The notes under the pieces are model-generated. The model searched no databases. It was not told the origin of the DNA and was given only the letters and a program-made list of their open reading frames with translations. Both the position numbers and the translations under genes were made by a program. DNA of 64,000 nucleotides from a virus, in IMG/VR virus record IMGVR_UViG_3300042874_000443, positions 1 through 64,000 of that record; one strand, written 5' to 3'. Positions 9,021 to 18,643 of the stretch are shown here, piece after piece (position 1 is the first letter of the stretch; each line of letters begins with the position of its first letter).

Positions 9021-9460
9021 CGCTTGGGGGCGTACTGCATCGCCGCATCAGGGAGATCGTGCGGCAGCTCTTTGAACTTGGGACCTACAGGCGGTTTGAG
9101 CAGCGCGGGTTTGTCGCCCGTCGCGACCACAGGCAGTCGTGCTCCGCCTCCGACAGGCCGCGATGCGATGCGGTTGAGCGCGTCGAGCGTGTACTTGTCC
9201 ATCGCAGCGAGATTCGCTTCGAGCTTGATGATGAACTCGTGTTGCGCCACGACCTGCGTTTGCAGCTCTTTCACGGATACGGCGAGTGCGGCGTAGCCTG
9301 CGGTCGCGTCGTCCTGGCTCTTCTGGTACTTTGCTTTGATCTGGTCTCGGTTCTCGAGATACGTGAACAACGCGGGCATGATGGCGACGATGACGCCGGC
9401 CACAACCGCTGCGAGGGTCTTGGTCTTCGGTCGTGACTTCTTTTCAGTGGTCTCCGTCAT
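9017..9460 (-). CDS. Membrane-anchored coiled-coil protein (possible lysis accessory)
   Basis: One TM helix plus heptad region, co-transcribed with the SLT gene. Confidence 0.55.
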   Translation of the reverse strand: MTETTEKKSRPKTKTLAAVVAGVIVAIMPALFTYLENRDQIKAKYQKSQDDATAGYAALAVSVKELQTQVVAQHEFIIKLEANLAAMDKYTLDALNRIASRPVGGGARLPVVATGDKPALLKPPVGPKFKELPHDLPDAAMQYAPKR

Positions 9461-9479
9461 GGTGTAATGATAGGCGGAT

Positions 9480-9518
9480 TTTTTTGGCCCCGACGCAAGT
9501 TACCGAACCGACTATAAT
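9480..9518. promoter_or_regulatory. Divergent promoter region with TTTTTGGCCCC motif and TATAAT
   Basis: TATAAT at 9513-9518 is 6 nt before GTG 9525; minus-strand TATCAT (9467-9472) is 6 nt before ATG 9460. Confidence 0.6.
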
Positions 9519-9524
9519 TTCCCC

Positions 9525-11039
9525 GTGAAGCCCCTCTCGTTCGCGCAGGTGTTGGATGGTCTCCTCCTGAGGGAGAAGACCGCCGAAATCTCGACGAGCC
9601 CACGCACGTTTTTCGTGCACGTACGGGTCCCGGACCATGTCGTGGAGGACCTTCGCGCGGTCCAGAAGCGGGTCATCCCGGACGAGTCGAAACACCAGGA
9701 CATCGACCACGTTACGTTGGTCTACACGAAGAAGCCCCTCGAAGACCATCCACCGGACAAGGTCTACGCTGCGCTCGAAGCACTGCGTCAGGTCGGCGAG
9801 AAGACCGAGCCCATCAACGCCAAGATCCAAGGCTGGGGCTACTTCGATGGCGCGTCGAAGGACGGCAAGACGACGACCGCGCTGGTCGCGCTGCTCGATG
9901 CACCTGGTCTCGAGCACCTGCACGTCGACATGTCCCGCGCGCTCAAGGACCTCGGCGTCACGCCGAGCGACAACCACGTGTTCACGCCGCACATCACGCT
10001 CGGCTACCTCGGCGAACACGGACGCGTGGACACGCTGCCGAAGCTCAGCGGCAACTTCACGATCGACAAGGCGCACGTCGCGTCGCGCGATCATCACGAG
10101 GTTCCGTTGAAGGGCACGGCATCGTCGATGGGGCAGAAGGCTGCCTCGTTCGCCGTCAAGGGCGCAGCGCGCGCGGGCATGCGCCAGATCCAGCAACACA
10201 TCGGTGCAGGCAACCTCGGTGCAGCGAATCGGCTCGCGACGACACCAGGCGTGCTCAAGCCTTCGGCCGCGGGCAGTCAGTTGCGCCACCTTGGGAGCGG
10301 GTCGGAAGGTACGGCAACGCTCGTCGCGCATCCCGAACACGGCGTCGCTGTGCGAAAAGTGTTCGACCCCCAAGGGTCAGCCGGACCTCTGATGGTCGCG
10401 AACAAGGCGCACATGGGACGTGCGTTGCAAGATCATCCGAACGTTGCACGTTTTTTGGGCGAGACGCCGACGCAGATTGGGCCCGCGCACTTCAGTGAGT
10501 ACGTGCACGGCACGCCAACGGCGAAAGCGCCGTCACCACTAACGAGCCTTGGCGGCGAGCCTCCCCTAGGAAAGGATACCGCGTCCGCAGCCGCCTCCGT
10601 CCGTGCAGCAGGTCCTCCGCACGGGATGGACCTGATTGATGTCGGTGAGCACAACATGATCACGACGCCGGGCAGCCAGCACAAGGTCATCGACTACATG
10701 CCCATTCCGAAGAAAGGCCCACACGGGGGACGGATGGATGTGGTTGACCGCGGCGCTGCTGCCGAAGCGGCGAATCGTCTTGGCGTCAATCACGCGCTCA
10801 CGAACTACCTCAAGGACCCAGCACGTCCAGGCAATCTGATGGCGCAGGCGTTCCGCGGGGCGCAGCCGCTCGTGCAGGAGCACAGTCCTCCGGCGAACCC
10901 GAAGTGGGCCTCGCTCGGCGAGGAAGCTGCTGCCTTCGCGATGAATCCGCGTGACGTGCAAGAGCAGCATCGCGGTTCTCCCGGCAAAGGCACGACGACG
11001 CCATCGATCGGTGGCGTTCCGCTTCAAGGGAGTCGTTGA
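9525..11039 (+). CDS. 2H phosphoesterase (Acb1/2'-5' RNA ligase-like) fused to a protein-kinase-like domain
   Basis: HVTLVY and HITLGY 2H motifs; LGSGSEG, VAVRK, HPNV, EY, DVGEHN, KVIDY kinase motifs. Confidence 0.75.
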   Translation: MKPLSFAQVLDGLLLREKTAEISTSPRTFFVHVRVPDHVVEDLRAVQKRVIPDESKHQDIDHVTLVYTKKPLEDHPPDKVYAALEALRQVGEKTEPINAKIQGWGYFDGASKDGKTTTALVALLDAPGLEHLHVDMSRALKDLGVTPSDNHVFTPHITLGYLGEHGRVDTLPKLSGNFTIDKAHVASRDHHEVPLKGTASSMGQKAASFAVKGAARAGMRQIQQHIGAGNLGAANRLATTPGVLKPSAAGSQLRHLGSGSEGTATLVAHPEHGVAVRKVFDPQGSAGPLMVANKAHMGRALQDHPNVARFLGETPTQIGPAHFSEYVHGTPTAKAPSPLTSLGGEPPLGKDTASAAASVRAAGPPHGMDLIDVGEHNMITTPGSQHKVIDYMPIPKKGPHGGRMDVVDRGAAAEAANRLGVNHALTNYLKDPARPGNLMAQAFRGAQPLVQEHSPPANPKWASLGEEAAAFAMNPRDVQEQHRGSPGKGTTTPSIGGVPLQGSR

Positions 11040-11536
11040 TGTTCGAGCGCCCTGTCTACGTGGGCGTGGGCGAATGCGACTGCAAGCGGGTCGACGCCAA
11101 GCTCTACCACGTGCTTGGAACGGACCTCGCGCATCGTCCGGTGTGCGAGATGTGTCTTGCTGTGCGCGGGTACGAAGTTCCTGTGCCGCGAACGGCGGAT
11201 GACCTCGAAGAGATCGACGGACGTCCGACGTGGAAGCCTCCGTTCACAACCCCCGAGCCGCCCGTCCATGCGGGACAGATGCGTCTTGGGCACGGCCATT
11301 TCTTTGAAGCTGTGCTCGGTAACGACGAGCAACTCGTCGGCTGGTTGCACACGCACCCCGATGCGCGCGATTCTTCGGGCATGCTCTGCCAGTCGTTCTG
11401 CGCGGTGCGTCCGCTCAACGGTACGCCTGTCCATCAGATCATCTGTGTGGACCCGCTGACGCTGCAGCCGAGTTTGCTTTGTCGAACGTGCGGCGCACAC
11501 GGGCACGTAACCAACGGACAATGGGAGCCTTGTTGA
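11036..11536 (+). CDS. DUF6527-like Zn-binding protein
   Basis: TLQPSLLCRTCGAHGHVTNGQW. Confidence 0.55.
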   Translation: MMFERPVYVGVGECDCKRVDAKLYHVLGTDLAHRPVCEMCLAVRGYEVPVPRTADDLEEIDGRPTWKPPFTTPEPPVHAGQMRLGHGHFFEAVLGNDEQLVGWLHTHPDARDSSGMLCQSFCAVRPLNGTPVHQIICVDPLTLQPSLLCRTCGAHGHVTNGQWEPC

Positions 11537-11537
11537 T

Positions 11538-13493
11538 ATGGGCGATTTGCTTTCAGTTGGATATGGCAGTGCTGGCGTCAGTACATTCCCAGAGCAGTGG
11601 TCGCGGCTCGCGTTGATCCCGTCGTTGGACGAAGACCTCGAGCAGTTAGTTTCTCAGATTGCTTTCAATACCATCCCTTCACACGGTGGTCATATTGTTG
11701 GGTTGTCGGTACGTATCACCGGCGCCTTTGTTGTTGGTTCGGTGACTGTGGTTGTCACCGTCAACGGAATACCTGGAACGCTGCAGGCGGTCCTGGCACC
11801 AGGTCCGACGGAGATCACAGTCTCTCAGCTCGGAGGTATCGACACCTACGCACCTGATGACACCATCGGTCTTCATCTCCTCACGAGCGCTGATTACGAC
11901 GACGGTGGATCACCGGTAGACCTCGAAGCATGGATTCAGGTTTCGTCAGCGACGACGGGTGGCGGCGGTGGCGGCGGTGCGTGGTTGACAGTGGAACCGA
12001 CGATACAGACGGGCTCGTTCACAGCATCGGCTGGAACGTTGTACCTCATGGGCAACCCGGGCAAGTTTGGAAACGCTACGCTTCCGCCAGCGTCGTCGAT
12101 GCCTCTCGATCAAGCCATCGCGTTCAAGTTGGTCGTGGACACGTCCGCATGGTCCATCCTCCCCGATGGCGGCGACACGATCGATGGGTTGAACGACCCG
12201 CTCAACTTCGTGCTCAACGAGACGATGAACGGTTTCGGCAATAGCTGGATCGTTCTCGTTTCCGATGGAAGTGGCAATTGGGAGGTCGTGTCGACCAATC
12301 GCACGCTTCGGTTGCTGCACAACTCCGCGCAGGTGGATACATCGTTCGGACGGCCGTTTGGCACCATTGACTTCCTGGGCAACATCATTGCCTCAGGTGT
12401 TGGTGGGGGACATGCGCAGGTCTATCTCGACACCGATCAGATGGCGCAGCCGTCGAGTGACTACACACTGACGTACAAGCCTGGTTCTGGTCTGCCGGGC
12501 CCATACATCTTCGAGTCCTTTTCGACGTTGTGTTCAACGATCGAAACGCTGCGTGATAACAACCGAGGCGCTACGTTCACGATCCTCTTCGACGATTCGA
12601 TCACAAGTCCCGCTGTAGTGCCGTCCGGCATCTACAACATGACCAACGTGACGTGGAAGGGCTACAACAAGCGAACGAGCGTGACCCCGCTTGGTGCTCA
12701 AGTTGAAGTACAGCAGGGCGTTCAGTTCTACGACCTCAGTAGTACCCCCAACTTCGGACAGCTCAAGCGGATCGAGGACAACATCCACATCACGTTCACC
12801 GGCACGACGCCGCCGAACGTGTGGACGAACGCCTTCGTGTCGAACATCCCAGGCCTCTTTCTTGACATCAGCCGCAACGCATCTATTCGCTGCACGGGGG
12901 CGGGCCCCTTCTACGACTTCACGACGGTCGCGTTCGTTCCGATGTACCTGCGCATGGATGGCGGTTCGTTCTTGAACGGAACGTATGAGGTGGTCCGGAT
13001 GACCGGCTCGTTCGGCCTTCAGATCTACATGGATAGCCATGTATGGGACTCCTCCGACGTCTCAAGCAACCTTGGTGACGATACACTTCGAGGCGATGCA
13101 AGTGCGGTGGTGACGGTTCGTGCGTCGCCACAGGTGAACCTGTCCGAGACGCAGACCAACCTCGTCAACCCGTTCATCGCGCTCTGGACGCCGCACAAGC
13201 GGTTCATCTATCCGCTGTCGTTCGTCAATGCGGGCACTGTACTTGTTCAGGGCGAGGTCAGTGTTTGGAGCGCGAGTGGCGCTGCGAACGTTCGGCTGCC
13301 TGCGGCGTACAACGCACGCGGACAGGTCTATACCATCAAGTCACACTACACGAGCACGTTCCCGCTCACGGTGACGTGTGATGGTGCGGATACCGTCGAC
13401 GGGGTTGCAACCTATCCGCTCGCGACAGCCAACAAGTCGGTGACCGTCATCTCTGACGGCATCAGTAACTGGGAAGTCATCGCGGCAACCTGA
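11538..13493 (+). CDS. Tail fibre / receptor-binding-like virion protein
   Basis: G/T/S-rich, poly-Gly linker, two LPxA...GxDTI/VDG...SDGxxNWEV modules. Confidence 0.6.
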   Translation: MGDLLSVGYGSAGVSTFPEQWSRLALIPSLDEDLEQLVSQIAFNTIPSHGGHIVGLSVRITGAFVVGSVTVVVTVNGIPGTLQAVLAPGPTEITVSQLGGIDTYAPDDTIGLHLLTSADYDDGGSPVDLEAWIQVSSATTGGGGGGGAWLTVEPTIQTGSFTASAGTLYLMGNPGKFGNATLPPASSMPLDQAIAFKLVVDTSAWSILPDGGDTIDGLNDPLNFVLNETMNGFGNSWIVLVSDGSGNWEVVSTNRTLRLLHNSAQVDTSFGRPFGTIDFLGNIIASGVGGGHAQVYLDTDQMAQPSSDYTLTYKPGSGLPGPYIFESFSTLCSTIETLRDNNRGATFTILFDDSITSPAVVPSGIYNMTNVTWKGYNKRTSVTPLGAQVEVQQGVQFYDLSSTPNFGQLKRIEDNIHITFTGTTPPNVWTNAFVSNIPGLFLDISRNASIRCTGAGPFYDFTTVAFVPMYLRMDGGSFLNGTYEVVRMTGSFGLQIYMDSHVWDSSDVSSNLGDDTLRGDASAVVTVRASPQVNLSETQTNLVNPFIALWTPHKRFIYPLSFVNAGTVLVQGEVSVWSASGAANVRLPAAYNARGQVYTIKSHYTSTFPLTVTCDGADTVDGVATYPLATANKSVTVISDGISNWEVIAAT

Positions 13494-13506
13494 TCAGGAG
13501 CACCCT

Positions 13507-14223
13507 ATGGAGACCGACCTCATCAAGTTGCACAGGGCCGCAGAAGAGACAGCCCCGGATGCTCGTCTCGAGGAACGAGACGCTGCACTCGCGCGCCTTC
13601 AGCTCACGGACAAGCACGTTGTGTGCGATGTGCCCGCGTGGGGTGGGTACTTTTCGCGCGGTGTTGTGAACCCAGCGCGCGTGATCTGTTTGGACCCGAC
13701 CCCCGCGATCGTCAACTGTCCTGGTGCCAAGGTCATCGGGTCGGGCCCGCTGGAACATTCGCTCCGCACTGCAAGCGTCGACCGTCTTGTGAGCCTGGTC
13801 GGGCTTCATCACCACCCGAGACCCCAGATGTACGTCAAGGAGTCGTTCCGTGTGTTGCGGTCGACCGGTGTTGCAGTGTTCTCTGAGGTGCTCGCGGCGT
13901 CTCCTGTCGCCGTCTTCTTGAACGAAGACGTCGATCGCTACGCCCAGCGAGGACACAAAGGCATCTTCTTGCCCGTTGGAGGTCTTGCCTCACTGCTGAC
14001 AACCGCGGGGTTTCAGTCCGTGGTCGAAGAAGTGGTGAATCTGAAGTGGCGGTTCGATAACACTCTCCAGATGACACGCTTCGTTATGCGTCTCTTCGCG
14101 ATGGTGAAGGCCACCGATATGCAGGTCCAGACGGCCCTCGAGAAGTGTTTCACGATCACCAACGAAGGCGGGAAAGTCTGTTTGCCGTGGCCCTTGGTCT
14201 ACGGTGTTGGAGTGAAACCATGA
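13507..14223 (+). CDS. Class I SAM-dependent methyltransferase
   Basis: VCDVPAWGGY motif I, SVDRLVSLVGLHH, RVLRSTG. Confidence 0.65.
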   Translation: METDLIKLHRAAEETAPDARLEERDAALARLQLTDKHVVCDVPAWGGYFSRGVVNPARVICLDPTPAIVNCPGAKVIGSGPLEHSLRTASVDRLVSLVGLHHHPRPQMYVKESFRVLRSTGVAVFSEVLAASPVAVFLNEDVDRYAQRGHKGIFLPVGGLASLLTTAGFQSVVEEVVNLKWRFDNTLQMTRFVMRLFAMVKATDMQVQTALEKCFTITNEGGKVCLPWPLVYGVGVKP

Positions 14224-15632
14224 GCACTACTCGGCGTCCAGGAAGCCACCTTCAGCGTTTCCGCACCACAGGACTCCTTTCGGCTGGTGGACCCGGCGGC
14301 GAAGCCGAGCACGTGAACTTGTGTGCCCTTGACGTCAACGGCGTCACGCAGCTGTTCGCGTACGACAGCGACAATTTTCTGTACCAGATTTCGCCGTCCA
14401 CAGGCGGCACCTCGGTCGTGATGACGTTCTCGCCGGAGGGCGGATCCGCTACTGGACCGCTGGTCTTCGATGACTGGAACCAGCTCTACAACCAGCTCGT
14501 GGCGATGCGGCTCGCTGCCGATTCATCGAACAGCAGCGTTCAGAGCAGGGGCATCTTCTACATCGTCATCGAGCCCTCGGAGGGCGACACCTTCATCCCC
14601 AATGGCAGCTACGATCTCGATCGTGTCGTGTTGATGGGAAGTTCTTGGCACAGCCAAGTCGATGTCACCTTCGAGGTCGACAACACCACGATCACGAACC
14701 TCCGCACCATCATTGGTCTGAACATCAAGGGAGGCGTCAACAGCGTCTTCACACCTCTCGGGATCGTGGTGACAGGTGCTTTGGAGGCGTACCGCACCAT
14801 CTTCCGTCGCCAGTTCACGGGGCTCCCTCCGCTCACCGTGCCTGGCAGTGCCGCGATCTACCTTCGAGATGGAAGCCAGTTCCTGGACACGGATCCGGTG
14901 ATCGATGTCAGTGGAGACGTGAACATCTACCTCGATGGGCCGGGTACCTTCGTGTTCTCGGGCTCGCTCGGCGGCACCGGACAAGCCTTTACACACATCC
15001 GCGATGCCAACGCGCGGTACCAACCCACGCAGCCGAACATCACGAGCGTGTTCGTGGCGCAGGAAGTTCCGGTGTGGGTGTCGGTCGACATGACCAACCC
15101 GGACGGGGTACTTCGCGGCGAGTACGGGATGTTGATGTCCTTCGCCAGCTCGTCACCAGGCGAGGGACCGAACGACGTCAACGGCAATGTGTTCATGAAC
15201 GTCGGAGGCTCGTCGGGCAACGCTGACTGGTGTCCGATGGGAACGACGACAGTCCTCCGCGCGACAACGCCTGGCGTTGGCGCAGGTGAATCCGTCGAAG
15301 TGATCATGTGGCACGGCAACTCCAGCGCGGTCACGTTCACCAACGGCACAGGGCATATCGTCCAGGTGACAGCCGTCGCCCGCGGTGACATCCTCGGCTC
15401 ACCAGCCGTCCAGATGTTCTCGCAGAAGTTCTGCGTGCGGACGGACGGGTTCATCACGACGATCGCAGGCCTCGGGACGATGGAGCAAGTCGGCGACGCC
15501 GCAGCAGCGAGCTGGACGCTCGTCCCATCTATCGGCGTAGGACCGGATCATCTTGTTCTGACATTCAACACAGGAACGACTACATCCTTGGCGACTATTT
15601 ACGCCAAGGTGATCATCGATAAGGTTCCCTGA
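14220..15632 (+). CDS. Tail fibre-like virion protein
   Basis: Beta-rich; shares a module with 11538..13493. Confidence 0.55.
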   Translation: MSTTRRPGSHLQRFRTTGLLSAGGPGGEAEHVNLCALDVNGVTQLFAYDSDNFLYQISPSTGGTSVVMTFSPEGGSATGPLVFDDWNQLYNQLVAMRLAADSSNSSVQSRGIFYIVIEPSEGDTFIPNGSYDLDRVVLMGSSWHSQVDVTFEVDNTTITNLRTIIGLNIKGGVNSVFTPLGIVVTGALEAYRTIFRRQFTGLPPLTVPGSAAIYLRDGSQFLDTDPVIDVSGDVNIYLDGPGTFVFSGSLGGTGQAFTHIRDANARYQPTQPNITSVFVAQEVPVWVSVDMTNPDGVLRGEYGMLMSFASSSPGEGPNDVNGNVFMNVGGSSGNADWCPMGTTTVLRATTPGVGAGESVEVIMWHGNSSAVTFTNGTGHIVQVTAVARGDILGSPAVQMFSQKFCVRTDGFITTIAGLGTMEQVGDAAAASWTLVPSIGVGPDHLVLTFNTGTTTSLATIYAKVIIDKVP

Positions 15633-15635
15633 ACC

Positions 15636-16289
15636 ATGCGCATCGATTACAACACACCGAACCAGCACGTCCCCGTCTATCTCTACGACGCGGCACGGCA
15701 GCCGGTCACTGGGTTTGTTCCTGCGGTGGGACAGGTACAGCTCAGTCTCGACGGTGCTGCATGGACGGACTATATCGGAACGTGGTCTGAAGACGCAGAT
15801 GGCGTCTATGACCTCGAGTTCGATCAGTCCGAGACTGCCGCATTCAGTTTCGTGTGGGTGAAAGTTGATGCCCCCGGTGCTGAGCGTGTGATGTTCTCCG
15901 TGGACATTGGTGACCGTGTCATCGTCAATACGGCAACAGCTGTCGCCCGACGTTTCCCTATCTACCTCACCGACATCACTAACACGCCGTTGCCTGGCCT
16001 CAACCTTGTTGGCGCTTCACAAGTACAGATCGGCAAGAACGGTGGTGGTATGGTTGACGTTGCAGGCGCACTTGCTGAAGTGGGCGGCGCCAACAATGGC
16101 CAGGGCGGGTATTACTACGAAGCGACGATCCCAGAGATCAATACAGTCGGTTACGACATTCTCAAGGTGTTCCCAACAGGGCTTCCCCAGACACGTTACG
16201 TGTATGTGTGGAACGTCATTCCCGTGCCTTCTAGCGGCGGCGGCGGCGGCGTCTTGATCGGCTCGAACATCCTACGCGGAGGCGCCTGA
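15636..16289 (+). CDS. Virion protein with two Ig-like repeats
   Basis: Internal duplication VPVYLYD...GVYDLE / FPIYLTD...GGYYYE. Confidence 0.55.
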   Translation: MRIDYNTPNQHVPVYLYDAARQPVTGFVPAVGQVQLSLDGAAWTDYIGTWSEDADGVYDLEFDQSETAAFSFVWVKVDAPGAERVMFSVDIGDRVIVNTATAVARRFPIYLTDITNTPLPGLNLVGASQVQIGKNGGGMVDVAGALAEVGGANNGQGGYYYEATIPEINTVGYDILKVFPTGLPQTRYVYVWNVIPVPSSGGGGGVLIGSNILRGGA

Positions 16290-16924
16290 TGTACGTCAAA
16301 CTTGGAGACACCATTCGCGGGACGTTCGGTACGTCGGACTTCTCGACGGGCGCATCTATCAACGCCGATGTCTTGCCGACATGTGTCGTGCTCGATCAAG
16401 GTGTCCTCATGGGATATGCCCCTGTGGTCGTCAATCAAGCCATTGGCCTCTATGAAGTTCCCGTCGATGTGACCCTCGGGAACCTGTTCGCAGTTGGGCG
16501 TGCGTACAGCTTGTACGCCGTGGCTATCGTGGGGGGCATCACCGCGCGCGCTCCTGTTGCAGGCATCTCGTCATTCAACGTGACGATGCGAGGCCCGGAT
16601 GACGCCGTCAGCGTGTCCAACCTCAGTTCCATCGTGAACGCGATCCTCGACGAGCTTCTGACAGGCCACGCGATCGTCGGGTCGGTTGGCGACGCTATCG
16701 CGATCGCTGCTGGGTTGCTCCAAGGCAACTTCTTCATGGACCAGACTAACAACTCGGACCCGAACGGACAGACCGCGGCACGGCTTCGCGTCTTCCGCAC
16801 AGGCGCCGCTACTGCCCTCGCAACGAACGGCGGGTCTGGCGAAGGTGAGTTTGCTACCTTCCTGGTGACCACGACGTACGCGGGCGTCAACAAGATCGCG
16901 ACTCACCGGGTGGTCCGCGTATGA
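16289..16924 (+). CDS. Virion structural protein
   Basis: TGASINAD..P, GLYEV, ILDELLTGH..GSVG motifs typical of tail-associated proteins. Confidence 0.5.
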   Translation: MYVKLGDTIRGTFGTSDFSTGASINADVLPTCVVLDQGVLMGYAPVVVNQAIGLYEVPVDVTLGNLFAVGRAYSLYAVAIVGGITARAPVAGISSFNVTMRGPDDAVSVSNLSSIVNAILDELLTGHAIVGSVGDAIAIAAGLLQGNFFMDQTNNSDPNGQTAARLRVFRTGAATALATNGGSGEGEFATFLVTTTYAGVNKIATHRVVRV

Positions 16925-17241
16925 GCAGCGGTGGTCCCCTCGCAACCAAAGGCGTTCATACCGGCAAAGGCGTCACGGTCGCGACCAAGGGCATGGTCTC
17001 CTCTTCGGAGGCCGCTGACGGCGCCGGAGGGTTGCAAGGCGAACCGTTGGTTCTGCCGATCCCACGTCTTCCGATTCGGATCATCATCCCTACGGCTGCC
17101 AACTCTGCACTCATGGTCGTCGAGAACATCTTCGACAATCTTCGTGTTCAGCAGGCGTCCAACATCGCGGTGCCCAGCATGTACAAGCGGGCCTATCTTG
17201 TTGCCTACGAGACCGACGAGACCGCCGTCGTGACTCCGTGA
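16921..17241 (+). CDS. Hypothetical protein
   Basis: ATGA coupling; repeated ATKG. Confidence 0.55.
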   Translation: MSSGGPLATKGVHTGKGVTVATKGMVSSSEAADGAGGLQGEPLVLPIPRLPIRIIIPTAANSALMVVENIFDNLRVQQASNIAVPSMYKRAYLVAYETDETAVVTP

Positions 17242-17245
17242 CGGC

Positions 17246-17518
17246 ATGTCCCGAACTTCACCGACCGATCAAGAACGCCTGCTGAAAGGGCTCGCCAACC
17301 TGGAACTCCAGGTCAGCGCGCTTCAGACATCCACGAAGGACGGCACATTGCCCGGGATGTTGAAGCAGACCCGCCGCACGATTCTGGGGTCTGCCGTCGT
17401 CGTCGCGGTCGCGTTGATCGTTTCGTCCCTCATCAAGTTCTGGGGCGACGAGCGTGTCCGATCCCTGGAAAAGCGGATTGAACTGCTCGAACAGGTCCGT
17501 GATATGAGGCAACCATGA
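17246..17518 (+). CDS. Small membrane protein
   Basis: Single TM flanked by coiled coils. Confidence 0.6.
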   Translation: MSRTSPTDQERLLKGLANLELQVSALQTSTKDGTLPGMLKQTRRTILGSAVVVAVALIVSSLIKFWGDERVRSLEKRIELLEQVRDMRQP

Positions 17519-17853
17519 AGCGCGCCATCGAGATCATTCCTGCGAAGCCTGACTACGTACCGTTCACGCTCGACGTCAAGGCGCCGGGTATCGTGCGCAA
17601 TGTGGTGACGGGGTTCGAACCGCCCAGCACCATCATCCCTGCGTCGATGGGGAAACCCCCTCAGGCAGAGTTGAAGCCGCTCGCTGCCATCGTGTTCGAG
17701 GTCGACCCCGACGGTGAGGAGAAGAAGCGCGACTTCGTCTGGTTGCCTGCCGGCAAAGCGCTCGAGTATCCCGGCACGCTCGAGTGGCGCGCCAACTACG
17801 TCGACGAGGTCACAGGCACGCCGCTGTTCTTGTACGAGGCCACGCCTGCGTGA
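17515..17853 (+). CDS. Hypothetical protein
   Basis: Coupled ORF with RBS. Confidence 0.6.
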   Translation: MKRAIEIIPAKPDYVPFTLDVKAPGIVRNVVTGFEPPSTIIPASMGKPPQAELKPLAAIVFEVDPDGEEKKRDFVWLPAGKALEYPGTLEWRANYVDEVTGTPLFLYEATPA

Positions 17854-18119
17854 TCGGGTTCTACGAATCTAGACGGGAGACGTTCACGTACTCGGACAAC
17901 GTCACGACGAGCACAGCGACCACAGGCGGTCAGTGGATAACAGTTACGTCGACATCCTGCGCATCGAACGTTGCCGTCGCGTACGAACCGCCGCCGTATC
18001 GTCGTCCTAAGCCACCGTTCATACCCTTCGAGCCTGTTCGCATCCCGCGATATATGGCGCCACCTCTGTCGATTCCGTGGCCGGCGGCGCTGCGCAGGTT
18101 TCGTGGAGACCTCGTGTGA
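17850..18119 (+). CDS. Hypothetical protein
   Basis: GTGA coupling. Confidence 0.45.
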   Translation: MIGFYESRRETFTYSDNVTTSTATTGGQWITVTSTSCASNVAVAYEPPPYRRPKPPFIPFEPVRIPRYMAPPLSIPWPAALRRFRGDLV

Positions 18120-18298
18120 CGTGGGGTCCCATTCTGCGAAAGCGCCGTGAGTGGGACGAACGTTTCATCAAGGCCCTGGCTCGCCTCGAAGAAGAACGTC
18201 AGAAACAAGAACAATGTGGTGGGTGTGGGCGTACGTTCGCCGAGCACCCCTTCGAAGATTACGAGGAGTGTGTGCGCAAGTTGTTGAACGACGTCTAA
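18116..18298 (+). CDS. Small Zn-binding hypothetical protein
   Basis: CGGC...EH...C. Confidence 0.55.
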   Translation: MTWGPILRKRREWDERFIKALARLEEERQKQEQCGGCGRTFAEHPFEDYEECVRKLLNDV

Positions 18299-18319
18299 GA
18301 GACGTGCTACGGACGGTGG

Positions 18320-18643
18320 ATGTCGACCAAAGAACAAGCGCTGTGGATGCTGGATGCATCCGAAGTGCGTGCAGGCCAAACATGGCAGCACGCGAAGAGT
18401 GGGCGGCGGTATACGGTGATCGCTACCGGCGTCGACGAAGCGACGCTTGCGCCGGTCGTCATCTACGCCGGTTCCGATGGAGTGGTGTGGGTGCGCGCTC
18501 TCGAGGTCTTCGTCGGCAACACCGACGAAGGCAAGGCACGCTTCCAGTTGATCGAGGACCTCGATCACACGGAGCAGACCATTCCTTTCCAGCGCACGGG
18601 CGGATGGCGCCCCACCGACGGTTTCGAGGAGCGTCCGTCGTGA
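18320..18643 (+). CDS. DUF1653-like protein
   Basis: WQHAKSGRRYTVI...VVIY...VWVRALEVF. Confidence 0.65.
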   Translation: MSTKEQALWMLDASEVRAGQTWQHAKSGRRYTVIATGVDEATLAPVVIYAGSDGVVWVRALEVFVGNTDEGKARFQLIEDLDHTEQTIPFQRTGGWRPTDGFEERPS

